A stretch of 64,000 bases of DNA from Candidatus Kapaibacterium sp. Lineage in GTDB: Bacteria > Bacteroidota > Ignavibacteria > Kapaibacteriales > UBA2268. The position numbers and the translations under genes were made by a program. The stretch is from contig OY762428.1 in NCBI GenBank assembly GCA_963665665.1, positions 3,360,001 to 3,424,000 of the forward strand, written 5' to 3'. Shown here in pieces: positions 51,708 through 62,115 of this stretch. The stretch's first letter is position 1; each line of letters begins with the position of its first letter. A model generated the notes under the pieces. That model was not told the origin of the DNA, searched no databases, and saw only the letters and a list, made by a program, of their open reading frames with translations.

Positions 51708-52712
51708 TTATTTATCGTTTTTCATCTCAAACCAAATTACGAAAAACAGGAAAACAAAAACAGCCAGGACAATCAGTATGATAAACCATGGAGAAAATGA
51801 CAGGGATAACGAGGGTTTTGTATCCGGGTTTTCTTTTTCATTTGATTCAATATTGTCGGTAATAAAAAATTTACCGCTTCTATCAAAATCATTTACAATG
51901 GTTGCATAATAATCCGGATTGTCATCCCATGTTTGGGTATGCGTCGGCAAGTCGAGTGGTGTGCTGTCCTTAGCAAAATACACTTTCGCTTCACTATGAT
52001 TAAAACCATCAATAACACTTGATTTACTGTAAATGAATTTTACATTGAATTTTTCATTTGTATTAGTATTAATAATATGCCACTTTGTTCGGGGGCCCTT
52101 TCCGGGACGGATTGGATGGTTTTCCGTTCTTATTCCGAATGTAGTGCCCTTTTTTCCTTCAATCTCAACCGGAACGAACATAGTATCATGCCCGACCGGG
52201 AAGAAGGATCTGCCGGATATTGAAGATTGGACTATCCCGTTTCCATTTGTTTTAATATGATTTTTAAAATCATACATTTCAGGCAAGCCCGGCGGCAAAT
52301 ACAATATCCCTTCGTCCAGATAAATCTTTGATTCATTAGTGATGATAAGTTTTTCAATTATTCTGATATTCGATGGGTTATCAATTGTCAAATCAGTGCT
52401 AACTGATAAAATTCCAATATTGAATACGCCTTGTTCAAATGTTGCGGCTGTATTGATAATTATTTTATCATAGTTGCGTGCAGGTATTGATACCGGGCTG
52501 TTGCCTGAGATATGAAAAATTATTCTTGAGCAAACATCCTGCCCGGGAAGATTATCTATAGCAGACTGAAAATCAGGAAAACTATAATCGTAATTTATAC
52601 TAACCTGATTAGTAATATTCTGGCCAATCAGAATATTACATTCGTTTGAGTAAGTTGATAGACTTCCGAAGAGAGATAAAAAAAATGATAGAAACAAAAT
52701 TCTTGCTTTCAT
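51708..52712 (-). CDS. Hypothetical exported protein with C-terminal membrane anchor
   Basis: Signal peptide; FFPVG..MFVPV adhesin-like motif; C-terminal TM helix. Confidence 0.65.
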   Translation of the reverse strand: MKARILFLSFFLSLFGSLSTYSNECNILIGQNITNQVSINYDYSFPDFQSAIDNLPGQDVCSRIIFHISGNSPVSIPARNYDKIIINTAATFEQGVFNIGILSVSTDLTIDNPSNIRIIEKLIITNESKIYLDEGILYLPPGLPEMYDFKNHIKTNGNGIVQSSISGRSFFPVGHDTMFVPVEIEGKKGTTFGIRTENHPIRPGKGPRTKWHIINTNTNEKFNVKFIYSKSSVIDGFNHSEAKVYFAKDSTPLDLPTHTQTWDDNPDYYATIVNDFDRSGKFFITDNIESNEKENPDTKPSLSLSFSPWFIILIVLAVFVFLFFVIWFEMKNDK

Positions 52713-52842
52713 TTGAGACCTCGAATTAATGAAAATTTGGGTAATATTTTAATTATTATTATCAATCAGATAATTTATTATTAGAAATTTAGATAAATAT
52801 TTTTAAATTGTTAATATTAAACATAATTAAAAATTGTAAGAA

Positions 52843-54960
52843 ATGAAAATATTTAATTGCCTTATTGTATTGTTTTTTTACTTTTTATTTTTTGCCGGAA
52901 TACTAACAGGGCAGGACGTTGACTCTTTAAAAAAGGAACTTGCTGAAGCTTCTGCCGATTCATCAAGAATTCAATTAATGTATAGTATCTCGGATGAGTA
53001 TTTTCAACACGAAATTGATTCTTCAATTATATATGCCGGCATGGCTCTGAAACTTGCCCAAAAAACAAAAAATAAAGAAGATATTGCTTCTACTTCGGCC
53101 TTCCTTGCTTATTTGTATCAATCAATATATTATTATTCCAAAGCCATTGAATATTATGATTTATCAATGAAAACATATTCTTCGCTGAAGGATACTTTTT
53201 CAGTTGCGGAACTGATGAATAATATTGCAATGGTTTATCAGAACCAGGGGGATTTTAACAAAGCAGCAGATTACTATTTCAAATCATTGAAAACATTTGA
53301 AAAAACTAAAAGTAAAATCCATGTTATTTCAAGCCTGACCGGAATTGGATCGGTATATGAAGATCAGGAACAATTTGCAAAAGCCCGGGATTTTTATAAA
53401 AAAGCACTGAATTGTGCCCATCAGATCGAAGATGAAAAATTGCAAGCTGAATCCATTGGTAATATTGCCAATACATATAACTATCAGGGAAATTACCAAA
53501 CAGCTCTGAAATACTACAATGATGCTTTAATAATTAGCGAAACAACCGGGGATAAAACCGGAAAAGCCTACAGGCTTGCCAATATTGGATACATGTACCA
53601 GAATATGGGCCAATTTGCCCCTGCATTGGAATCATTTAAAAAAGCACTTGAAATTTATTCAGAAATGGATGATAAAACAGGTATTGCTCATGTGTATGAA
53701 AATACGGGGCTGACATATCTGACAATGGCAAAAAAGAAAATATCCATTGAAGATTCTTTTTATCCGGAAAGCAAGCCTGCTAAATATCTGGCCGAAGCAG
53801 AAAAATATTTGCTTGATGCGCTTGCTATCTTCGAAAATTTAGGAGAAATAAACCCGCTAATCGAAACATACTCCCACTTATCCGACCTGTACTACGAAAA
53901 AGGGCAATATCGTGAAGCTCTGAACCATTACAGGCGGCATACTGAACTGAAAGACTCTTTGCTGAAAATAGAAACAAAAATGAAAATTGCTAATCTTGAA
54001 GCTATCAGGCAGAACGACAAGAAAGATCACGAGATTTTGCTCCTGCAGAAGAAGTCGGAACTAAGGATGATAATAATCATTGCAACAGTTGCCGGAATAA
54101 TACTTGTAGGGATTCTTGCCTCTGTTATTTATCGCAGGTATCGCTATAAGTCAATAGCCGAAAATATGCTGAAGGAAAAAAATTATGAAATAGGTATGGC
54201 TCACAAAAGGCTTACTGATTCAATCGAATATGGAAAAACAATTCAAACAGCCGTTCTGCCTTATGATTCAAGGGTCAGTAAATTCTTTGAAGATTATTTT
54301 GTTCTCTTTTTGCCAAGGGATATTGTGTCGGGCGATTTTTACTGGATAGAGAAGATTGATAATGAAATAATTATTGCCGTTGGGGATTGTACCGGGCATG
54401 GCGTTCCGGGAGCTTTCATGGCGATGATCGGTAATGAACTTCTGAATACAATTATCATAAAGCAAAAAGTGCGCAAACCTTCGGATGTTCTTGAACAGAT
54501 GCATAAAGAAATCAGGTATGCACTAAAACAGGATGAAACGAAATCATCATCGCACGACGGAATGGATATTTGCTTGTGCATAATAAATACTGATACGAAT
54601 GATTTGCAGTTTGCCGGTGCCAGGAGGCCTTTGTATTACGTAAGCAACGGGGAGCTTAAACAAATTAAAGGAGATCGTAAATCAATCGGCGGCAGGCAAA
54701 AAGAAAAAATACGAAAATTCACTAACCACGAAATAGTGATTAATAAAGGTTCTTTGCTTTACCTGACAACTGACGGCTATCAGGATCAGCAAAGTCCTGA
54801 TGATGAAAGTTTCGGAGTTGGAAAATTTAGAGAATTACTATTATCAATTTCGTGTAAAGAAATGCAGGAGCAAAAAAAGATTCTGATAAAAGAACATGAT
54901 GATCATGCTGCCGGCGAGAAAAATACCGATGATATTGCAATTCTTGGTATTAAATATTAA
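52843..54960 (+). CDS. TPR sensor with SpoIIE/PP2C-type phosphatase domain
   Basis: Periplasmic TPRs, TM helix, PRDIVSGDFYW, GDCTGHGVPGAFM, DGMDI, TDGYQDQ, TDDIAILG. Confidence 0.92.
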   Translation: MKIFNCLIVLFFYFLFFAGILTGQDVDSLKKELAEASADSSRIQLMYSISDEYFQHEIDSSIIYAGMALKLAQKTKNKEDIASTSAFLAYLYQSIYYYSKAIEYYDLSMKTYSSLKDTFSVAELMNNIAMVYQNQGDFNKAADYYFKSLKTFEKTKSKIHVISSLTGIGSVYEDQEQFAKARDFYKKALNCAHQIEDEKLQAESIGNIANTYNYQGNYQTALKYYNDALIISETTGDKTGKAYRLANIGYMYQNMGQFAPALESFKKALEIYSEMDDKTGIAHVYENTGLTYLTMAKKKISIEDSFYPESKPAKYLAEAEKYLLDALAIFENLGEINPLIETYSHLSDLYYEKGQYREALNHYRRHTELKDSLLKIETKMKIANLEAIRQNDKKDHEILLLQKKSELRMIIIIATVAGIILVGILASVIYRRYRYKSIAENMLKEKNYEIGMAHKRLTDSIEYGKTIQTAVLPYDSRVSKFFEDYFVLFLPRDIVSGDFYWIEKIDNEIIIAVGDCTGHGVPGAFMAMIGNELLNTIIIKQKVRKPSDVLEQMHKEIRYALKQDETKSSSHDGMDICLCIINTDTNDLQFAGARRPLYYVSNGELKQIKGDRKSIGGRQKEKIRKFTNHEIVINKGSLLYLTTDGYQDQQSPDDESFGVGKFRELLLSISCKEMQEQKKILIKEHDDHAAGEKNTDDIAILGIKY

Positions 54961-55194
54961 TAATATTATGATATTTATTGATTTATATAGACAGACCGAT
55001 ATGGAGTTAGTGCTGTTATTAATTTTTCCGTTCTTAATTATCCGGCCTTAATTCTACAAAATCTGAAAAAATTTAAAAAAAAGATTGATTTATTGCTTTT
55101 TTTGTTTTTTATTTACATTCAGCGGGGGTAGTGCCAAGAAAATTGGGTTAATACGTCTGGAAATAGTAGTTGAAAGTTTTGGCAGGATATTTTT

Positions 55195-57021
55195 ATGGAA
55201 ATGTTATACGAATATGAAATTGAAGAAGACAGCAGCATAGGGAATAATCCCGAAGAAGACCTTGAAATGCTTCTGAATGAAATAGAGCAACGAACTTCCG
55301 ATATCGATCAGGAGCTTGTAAGGAAGGCTTTTGACCTGTGCCTTGAATACCATGGAACCCAGGTAAGAGCCTCGGGCAGGCCCTATTACTTGCATCCGTT
55401 GAAAGTAGCATTGATTCTGATCCAGGAAATCAATGCTTTCGACACAGCCTCTGTTGTAGGTGCTTTGCTGCATGATTCGATTGAAGATGTTGAAGGGGAA
55501 ACAAATGAAGAAAAGGAATTTGAAAGGGAAAAATTACGCCTGAGGATTCAATTTGAATTCGGAAAAGATGATCCTAAAAAAGGTAAAGAAATTCTTGAAA
55601 TTGTAGAAGCACTAACCAAAATCAAGCACGAGAAAACTTTTATCGAGCAGGATAAAGCTGCTACCTACAGAAAATTATTCCTGGCACTGGTTAAAGATGT
55701 GAGAGTTATCCTGATAAAACTCGCGGACAGGCTGCATAACATGAGGACTCTCCACTACCTGAAACCACGCAAACAGCAGGATATTGGAAAGGAAACACTT
55801 AACTTTTATACACCGTTTGCACACCGCCTGGGGCTGACCCGCGTGAAAATGGAAATGGAAGACCGCTCATTGTATTATACAGACAGGGCTACTTACGAAG
55901 CTATCAGAACAGCTCTTGCAGAAAAAAGAAGGGATTTTGTTCAGTATATCCGATTCCTTTATGAAGAGCTGACCACCAAGCTTAACGAAGAAGGCGTTAA
56001 GCATGTCCTGACGGTAGTTCATAAGCATATATATGAAATTTTCCAGATGGTTGAATCCGGAAAGCCTTTAAATGAAATAGATAATTTCTACTCGATGGTT
56101 GTAACCACTGATTCCAATGATAAATTTGAATGCTACAAGGCTCATGGAATACTTGTAAATAATTTTAATCCCGTGGGAAGAATGGTTGACAATATTTCTC
56201 AGCCAAAAATAAATTTCTATCAGTCCTTAAAATCAAAGTTGTTCGGCCCTGACGGGAAACTGATTGAAGTTATCATCCGAACCGGTGATATGGAAAAGCA
56301 TTCCGACGAGGGTATAGCAAAAGAGTTTTCATTCCAACAGGGCAGGCTCAGGGCACTTGAAATCACTGATGCCGATATAGAGCTTTGGGGTAAATGGATG
56401 GAAGATGTTATTGATATCAAAGGCGAGCAGGCAGCACAGATGATCTGGGATTCAATCAGAAATAACCTTTTTGACGCTGAAGTATCAGTATTTACCCCGG
56501 ATGGCAAATTGCATAAATTGCCCGCGAAGTCATGTCCGATTGATTTTGCATTCCATTTATCGCCTGATACCGGGCTTCATTGTATAAGCTGCAAGGTTAA
56601 CGGGAAAATTATGGAGCTGAACTATGAATTAAAAAACGGAGATATAGTAGAGATAATTTCTTCTCCCAATCAGAAGCCAAACCCGGAATGGCAGGATATT
56701 GTAATTTCGCACAAAGCAGAAGCATATCTTCATAAATATTTTCTTGAAAATCCGCCTTCTGATATTGAAGTGGAAATCGAAAAAACAAATTATGATGTAA
56801 AATTGATGATTCGCGGGGATGATGCAAACGGTATGCTTCAACTTATAACCGAAGCTATCGGAAAAACATCAATAAAAAGGGTAAGCCTTGATTCTTCGGA
56901 TAATGATTTCGGAGGTGCAATAATGCTGACAGTAAGGGATGATGCCCACCTGAATAGTATATTTGCTAAGTTGTTTGGAATAAAAGGTATTAAAAGCGTT
57001 GAAAAATCAGAAGAATTATAA
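55195..57021 (+). CDS. RelA/SpoT homologue (HD hydrolase, degenerate synthetase, TGS, ACT)
   Basis: RASGRPYYLHP, LLHDSIED, IKLADRLHNMRTL; VFTPDG...PIDFAF TGS; C-terminal ACT. Confidence 0.85.
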   Translation: MEMLYEYEIEEDSSIGNNPEEDLEMLLNEIEQRTSDIDQELVRKAFDLCLEYHGTQVRASGRPYYLHPLKVALILIQEINAFDTASVVGALLHDSIEDVEGETNEEKEFEREKLRLRIQFEFGKDDPKKGKEILEIVEALTKIKHEKTFIEQDKAATYRKLFLALVKDVRVILIKLADRLHNMRTLHYLKPRKQQDIGKETLNFYTPFAHRLGLTRVKMEMEDRSLYYTDRATYEAIRTALAEKRRDFVQYIRFLYEELTTKLNEEGVKHVLTVVHKHIYEIFQMVESGKPLNEIDNFYSMVVTTDSNDKFECYKAHGILVNNFNPVGRMVDNISQPKINFYQSLKSKLFGPDGKLIEVIIRTGDMEKHSDEGIAKEFSFQQGRLRALEITDADIELWGKWMEDVIDIKGEQAAQMIWDSIRNNLFDAEVSVFTPDGKLHKLPAKSCPIDFAFHLSPDTGLHCISCKVNGKIMELNYELKNGDIVEIISSPNQKPNPEWQDIVISHKAEAYLHKYFLENPPSDIEVEIEKTNYDVKLMIRGDDANGMLQLITEAIGKTSIKRVSLDSSDNDFGGAIMLTVRDDAHLNSIFAKLFGIKGIKSVEKSEEL

Positions 57022-57416
57022 TGGATGAGTTCCTGAAAAATATATTTATTCCTTTCGAAATTAAAGATCAATATAGTGGCCTTGCAAAAAGTTCGGGAAT
57101 ATTAAAATTCGACAACGGTTGCCTTGTGTGCGAGTTCAGAACAAAAGATACAATACTCGGCATACTGAAAAGCTCTATAAAAGAAATTAGAATACCCGTA
57201 CAGGATTTGCTTTCAGTTGAATATAAAAAGAAAATGTTTGGAGATAAGATTTTTATCAGGACAAAGAGCATGGAATATATTAGTTATTTTCCAGGCCTTG
57301 ATTCAAACGAAATTTGCCTGAAAATCAATAAACAGTCAAGGGACTTTGCACAGAGACTATCCTCCGGCGTAACTCTTATGATATCTGAATATAATCTGAA
57401 GAATATTGAATCGTGA
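57021..57416 (+). CDS. Hypothetical protein coupled to the RSH gene
   Basis: TAATG overlap; 131 aa. Confidence 0.7.
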   Translation: MDEFLKNIFIPFEIKDQYSGLAKSSGILKFDNGCLVCEFRTKDTILGILKSSIKEIRIPVQDLLSVEYKKKMFGDKIFIRTKSMEYISYFPGLDSNEICLKINKQSRDFAQRLSSGVTLMISEYNLKNIES

Positions 57417-57597
57417 AATCGACAATTTTGTCGCTTTTGTCGTGCTTTATGTCGATCTTATTTGATTAATATTGCTAACGAATAATATATTCGTGTGTAA
57501 GTAGTAGCAAAACAAAGATTAAACTTTTTGGCATTTTTGTTGTTATAATAGTTATAGTAATTTGATAATTGAAAGAATAAAAGTTAAGGACGGAAAA

Positions 57598-57990
57598 ATG
57601 ATCAGAAATAATTTCTCAAAAATAATCGTTGTATTTCTTGTAATTGCAGCCGGAATGTTTTCATATTCATCAGCTTCGGCATGTGAAATCGAGTGGTCTG
57701 TAATCAAAGGGCAGAAAAAATCCTACCAGCCGGGCGATGAACTTGTTATACAGGTAAATGTTTTTCTTACTCACAGAAATTGTCCTGAATCTTTGAAAAA
57801 AACTGATTTAAAAACTGACGGAATAAAAATTAAACAGGCCACGAAGTGGTCGGAAAAATCTGCCGGCACATGGGTCAGGAAATTTAAAGTGACAATAGAA
57901 GATAACGGAAAAGGTGAAGTTCAGATTAGTGCAACAAGAACATGCGATAAAGAAGGCGGTTTTGGTGTTTTAAAGTTAACTACCGGCTGA
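57598..57990 (+). CDS. Hypothetical exported protein
   Basis: Signal peptide ending ASA-C; THRNC and RTCDKEGG motifs. Confidence 0.7.
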   Translation: MIRNNFSKIIVVFLVIAAGMFSYSSASACEIEWSVIKGQKKSYQPGDELVIQVNVFLTHRNCPESLKKTDLKTDGIKIKQATKWSEKSAGTWVRKFKVTIEDNGKGEVQISATRTCDKEGGFGVLKLTTG

Positions 57991-58003
57991 TAAAGGCGAA
58001 TAG

Positions 58004-59224
58004 ATGAAAAATTACAGGCAAATAGTAAAACAAATTTTCGTTATCAATTTATTGATTCTGTTTGTATCAATTTATTCTACCGGCTCGATTTACGGCCAAT
58101 GTACGGGTTGTCCGGCTGAGGAAAAATGCGCCCCGGAGGCTTCGTCAGGCAACACCGATACGGCAGCAGAAGATGAGTTTTCTGATTTTGATAAAGAGGA
58201 TGAATTCTCTGATTACAGCGAAGATGACGAGTTTGAAGAATTTAGCGAAAATGAAGAATCCGCTGGGTCTGACGAATTTGAAGAATTTCGTGGCACAATG
58301 GCTTCTGATAATCAAAATGAATCTGCTGTTATCGGCCAGTCACATCATAAATTAAGATGGGTTTTGGGGATATTATTTGTAACTATTATAACAGGTTTTA
58401 TGGTGCGACACAGGCAAACACGCCAGCTAAGAATGCTGATCCTGCTTGCTTCGCTTATTGTTCTTGGTTTTTACAGGGGGGGATGCCCCTGCATGATTTC
58501 AAGTTTCCAGGATCTGATACTTTCCGGAATGGGCCAGGATGTGCACTGGGTGAACCTGGTATGGTTCCTGGGCCTGATACCGATAACGTATATTTTCGGG
58601 CAGGTGTGGTGCGGCTGGGTATGCCACCTTGGAGCTTTCCAGGAGTTTCTTTACAGAAAGAACAGGTTTAAATTTCTGCAGGGAGAAAAAGCTCAGAAAG
58701 TAATGAAAATAATTCGTATTCTTCTTGTGGCAGGACTGATAATTCAGATAATTGCGACTCAGACAAACTGGTTTATAAAGATCGACCCGTTCAAAGTAGC
58801 CTTCAATCTTACATCATATTATACTGTCGGCTGGGTTTTGCTTGGTTTACTCCTGTTGTCATCGCTGTTTATAAACAGGCCGTTTTGTCGCGCTGCATGC
58901 CCTGTTGGTTTGTTTCTCGGCCTTGTTTCAAAAATTCCGGGCGCTGCCATAATCGCTGTAAATAAATCTGAATGCGTTGGATGTAAAACCTGCAGCGATA
59001 CATGTGATACGGGGGCAATTCTGAGAAAAGGCAAGATGAGCGTTCTGAAAAATACAGATTGCATATTGTGCGGGGAATGTATGGATGATTGCAAGAAATC
59101 CGGCCTGAGTATCCAAAGAAAAAGCAAGAAAAATAATGATGTTGTAATTCTGGAAAAATGTAAGGAAATTCCTAAGATAAGTATTGCCGAACTGAAAAAA
59201 GATCTTGAGAATATAAAAAATTAG
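58004..59224 (+). CDS. 4Fe-4S binding membrane protein (YccM/NosR-C-like)
   Basis: GQVWCGWVCHLGAFQE, RPFCRAACPVG, CVGCKTCSDTC, CILCGECMDDC. Confidence 0.87.
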   Translation: MKNYRQIVKQIFVINLLILFVSIYSTGSIYGQCTGCPAEEKCAPEASSGNTDTAAEDEFSDFDKEDEFSDYSEDDEFEEFSENEESAGSDEFEEFRGTMASDNQNESAVIGQSHHKLRWVLGILFVTIITGFMVRHRQTRQLRMLILLASLIVLGFYRGGCPCMISSFQDLILSGMGQDVHWVNLVWFLGLIPITYIFGQVWCGWVCHLGAFQEFLYRKNRFKFLQGEKAQKVMKIIRILLVAGLIIQIIATQTNWFIKIDPFKVAFNLTSYYTVGWVLLGLLLLSSLFINRPFCRAACPVGLFLGLVSKIPGAAIIAVNKSECVGCKTCSDTCDTGAILRKGKMSVLKNTDCILCGECMDDCKKSGLSIQRKSKKNNDVVILEKCKEIPKISIAELKKDLENIKN

Positions 59225-59265
59225 GAAATATTGATATAAAATTATTTTGGAATCAAAATTTTATC

Positions 59266-59300
59266 GCGCTCCGTTGCATCTGATGCGGAGCGTTTTTTTT
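59266..59300 (+). terminator. Rho-independent terminator
   Basis: cgctccgt...gcggagcg followed by T8. Confidence 0.8.
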
Positions 59301-59354
59301 ATCTTATACTCACCCTATTATTATTACGCCAATTTATAACTCCTGGCAATTTTC

Positions 59355-59655
59355 TGCCGATGAAAGTAAAACAATCAATTTTATTAAGATTAATAACTGA
59401 AATAATTAAAAATTAAAAAAATTTTGCATGAAGTTGATTTTTTTTTTACATTTGTTGCAGATAATATTCAACAACATTTTTGGGAATTAAGGAACGGTTG
59501 CGGAGACCATTGCAAAATTTAATTTTTACAGATTGAAAAACTGAATTTAAGATACTGATATTCCTGTAACTGCGTAGGGCGGGAGTTGGTATATATTTAC
59601 AAAACGCCGTCATGTTTGGCGGGTATTTATTTATTTTTGGTAGAGGTTTTTATGA
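59355..59655 (+). repeat. Duplicated 300-bp segment (gene 3' relic plus leader), copy 1
   Basis: Near-identical to 61121-61426. Confidence 0.9.
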
Positions 59656-61166
59656 AAAATATAATATTTTTAATATTTGTGTTGTGTTCGGCTATAACTT
59701 TCAGCGGCCAATTGCCAAAAATGACAGATAATGGACTTGAATACAGCGGTTTCTTTGATATGTCATATTTCGACGGTAATGTTTCTGTACTCGCGTACTA
59801 TAAAGACTATAACCAATTTACACAGGCTGTTGTTATATCAAATATTGACGGAGAATGGAAGGAGCTTCCATTGGAAGTGAAATCAGGCGATATTACCGGC
59901 TATTTAATGATAATAGCCACCCAGTCAACAATAAACTACGATTCATCCGGAGGATTATGGGTATCCGGGTATTCGCTTTATAATTATTCAGACGGTAAAT
60001 GGCGCGAGGTTTTTATCGACGACAGTTTCAGGAATATTCGCAAGTACGGCCAGATGTGTGTTGATAAATTCAATAATATCTGGGCAACCACGCAGATATA
60101 TAATTCGGAAACAAAAGAACAGTACAGCGAACTCCTGAGATATGACGGCGAACAGTTTGAAACTGTATTGAAGTTTACCATGGCAGGTAGTTTCAGTAGG
60201 TCAACAGAAGATGATTTTTATTCCTACAGTATGTCGGCTCTTCCTGACGGCAGAATAGCTCTTCTCAGGAGAATGTCTTCTCTTGACGAAGATGCTGTGA
60301 ACGGCATTTTTGATAATTTCTATATTATCAATCAGGACTTAAGCTATGAAAAGCAGATTCTGCAGACAGATTCAGGCCCGAAAGCAAAAATTCATAATAA
60401 AAATGTAGCCCAGATATTTTCGGATGATGCTGTAAATATCTGGCTTGCAATGGGATCGCATTTCTATTATGATTCTCAGCAAATGAACAAAAGTTGTCGT
60501 TGTTGTTCAGGGCTTTCTTTGCTCAGGGATGATAAGTGGAAATTGTTCAACGAATCCGACGGGCTTGTTCGTGGCAGGGATTCCACTACCGAGCCGATCA
60601 ACAGGATTATCCGCCTTGATGATGAGCGCCTGTTTGCAATTGGCAGGAAGAGAGTTTATAATATTGACAGGAATAATAAATTGATAGAATTAAACTGGGA
60701 AGATATTCTTTCCGGATCAGAGTTTATCCTGTCTCATCCATATTATCAGACCGATAAGGGAATTGCTTCATTAACAAGGGCTTTTGAATCTTTTGATGAC
60801 GAGGAAATAGTTTCTGCTTGCAATAAGATGCGGCTTATCGACCACGGCGACGGCAATTTCTGGATGCTAATGAATTCAGGTATCCTAATAATGCCAAAAT
60901 CGGTTGTAACCGGAGTGGAAGAGAACAAAGGCAATGAACAAGCTTTGCTTTATCCTAATCCTGCTGGCGATATAATCAATATCAATAGCGCGGGTATGGA
61001 GTATTCCTATTCAATATTCAATATTATGGGTGAAAAACTGATTTCAGGCAGTTCTTCTGTTTCTGAAATTAGCATTTCTGCTCTTCCTGTAGGAAGCTAT
61101 TATATCCGGCTGCAATTTAATGCCGGTGAAAGTAAAACAATCAATTTTATTAAGATTAATAACTGA
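59652..61166 (+). CDS. Beta-propeller-like secreted protein with T9SS CTD, copy 1
   Basis: GAGG RBS before ATG 59652; DSSGGLW, DKFNNIW, DGNFW blades; LYPNP...LPVGSYYIRL. Confidence 0.8.
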   Translation: MKNIIFLIFVLCSAITFSGQLPKMTDNGLEYSGFFDMSYFDGNVSVLAYYKDYNQFTQAVVISNIDGEWKELPLEVKSGDITGYLMIIATQSTINYDSSGGLWVSGYSLYNYSDGKWREVFIDDSFRNIRKYGQMCVDKFNNIWATTQIYNSETKEQYSELLRYDGEQFETVLKFTMAGSFSRSTEDDFYSYSMSALPDGRIALLRRMSSLDEDAVNGIFDNFYIINQDLSYEKQILQTDSGPKAKIHNKNVAQIFSDDAVNIWLAMGSHFYYDSQQMNKSCRCCSGLSLLRDDKWKLFNESDGLVRGRDSTTEPINRIIRLDDERLFAIGRKRVYNIDRNNKLIELNWEDILSGSEFILSHPYYQTDKGIASLTRAFESFDDEEIVSACNKMRLIDHGDGNFWMLMNSGILIMPKSVVTGVEENKGNEQALLYPNPAGDIININSAGMEYSYSIFNIMGEKLISGSSSVSEISISALPVGSYYIRLQFNAGESKTINFIKINN

Positions 61167-61426
61167 AAAAATTAAAAAAAATAAAAAAAAATTTGCATGA
61201 AGTTGATTTTTTTTTTTACATTTGTTGCAGATAATATTCAACAACATTTTTGGGAATTAAGGAACGGTTGCGGAGACCATTGCAAAATTAAATTTTTACA
61301 GATTGAAAAACTGAATTTAAGATACTGATATTCCTGTAACTGCGTAGGGCGGGAGTTGGTATATATTTACAAAACGCCGTCATATTTGGCGGGTATTTAT
61401 TTATTTTTGGTAAGAGGTTTTTATGA
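61121..61426 (+). repeat. Duplicated 300-bp segment, copy 2
   Basis: Near-identical to 59355-59655. Confidence 0.9.
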
Positions 61427-62103
61427 AAAAACTAATTGTAATTGCATGTTTGTTTTTTATTTCTATTGCGGGCGCGTTGCCGGCTATTGCACAGGATTGT
61501 CCTCCGACATTAGGTGATCCTGATTGGCTTGAAAGTCCTTACAATCTTGAATTTGGCTCTATGTTGACTCCATTTGGATATGTTAATAGTTGTTTTTATA
61601 GGTCAACAGCAAATGGCTATGAGATTAAAGTTAATTGGAATACCATGGCAAATAATAAGCCGCTTCTGACGGATGATGAAATTAAGCAGATGATGTACAA
61701 GGCCGTTATTGTTAATCTTCTGGGGCACGATTGCCATTTCGGCGGAACAAAGGAATTTATTTTCTATGAAGAAACCCAATGTATGGTAAAAAAACGCTGC
61801 TATCTGAAACTGTATTACGACACTTATATAGAATGCCAGGACGATTGCTGGGCTGGCCCGGATATGACAGTGTATGAAAAGGACGGCGCCAAGTACTACA
61901 AGGTAGAATCCGAAGAGCCATGCGGCGTACAATGCTGCCAGTTTATCTACACGGTAAAATGTGTGACAAATCCTGAAAACGGGGAGGTATATCCTCATAT
62001 AGTAAACATTGAAACAATGGCATATCCCGGCTCGGAATGTACCGGAGGTGACACAGACTGCCTGAACGGAAGTCCGATACCATGCAGTTCAACATGTAAT
62101 TAA
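61423..62103 (+). CDS. Cysteine-rich secreted protein
   Basis: Signal peptide AIA-QDCPP; many Cys including PCGVQCC and PCSSTCN. Confidence 0.8.
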   Translation: MKKLIVIACLFFISIAGALPAIAQDCPPTLGDPDWLESPYNLEFGSMLTPFGYVNSCFYRSTANGYEIKVNWNTMANNKPLLTDDEIKQMMYKAVIVNLLGHDCHFGGTKEFIFYEETQCMVKKRCYLKLYYDTYIECQDDCWAGPDMTVYEKDGAKYYKVESEEPCGVQCCQFIYTVKCVTNPENGEVYPHIVNIETMAYPGSECTGGDTDCLNGSPIPCSSTCN

Positions 62104-62115
62104 GCAGGTGATCTT

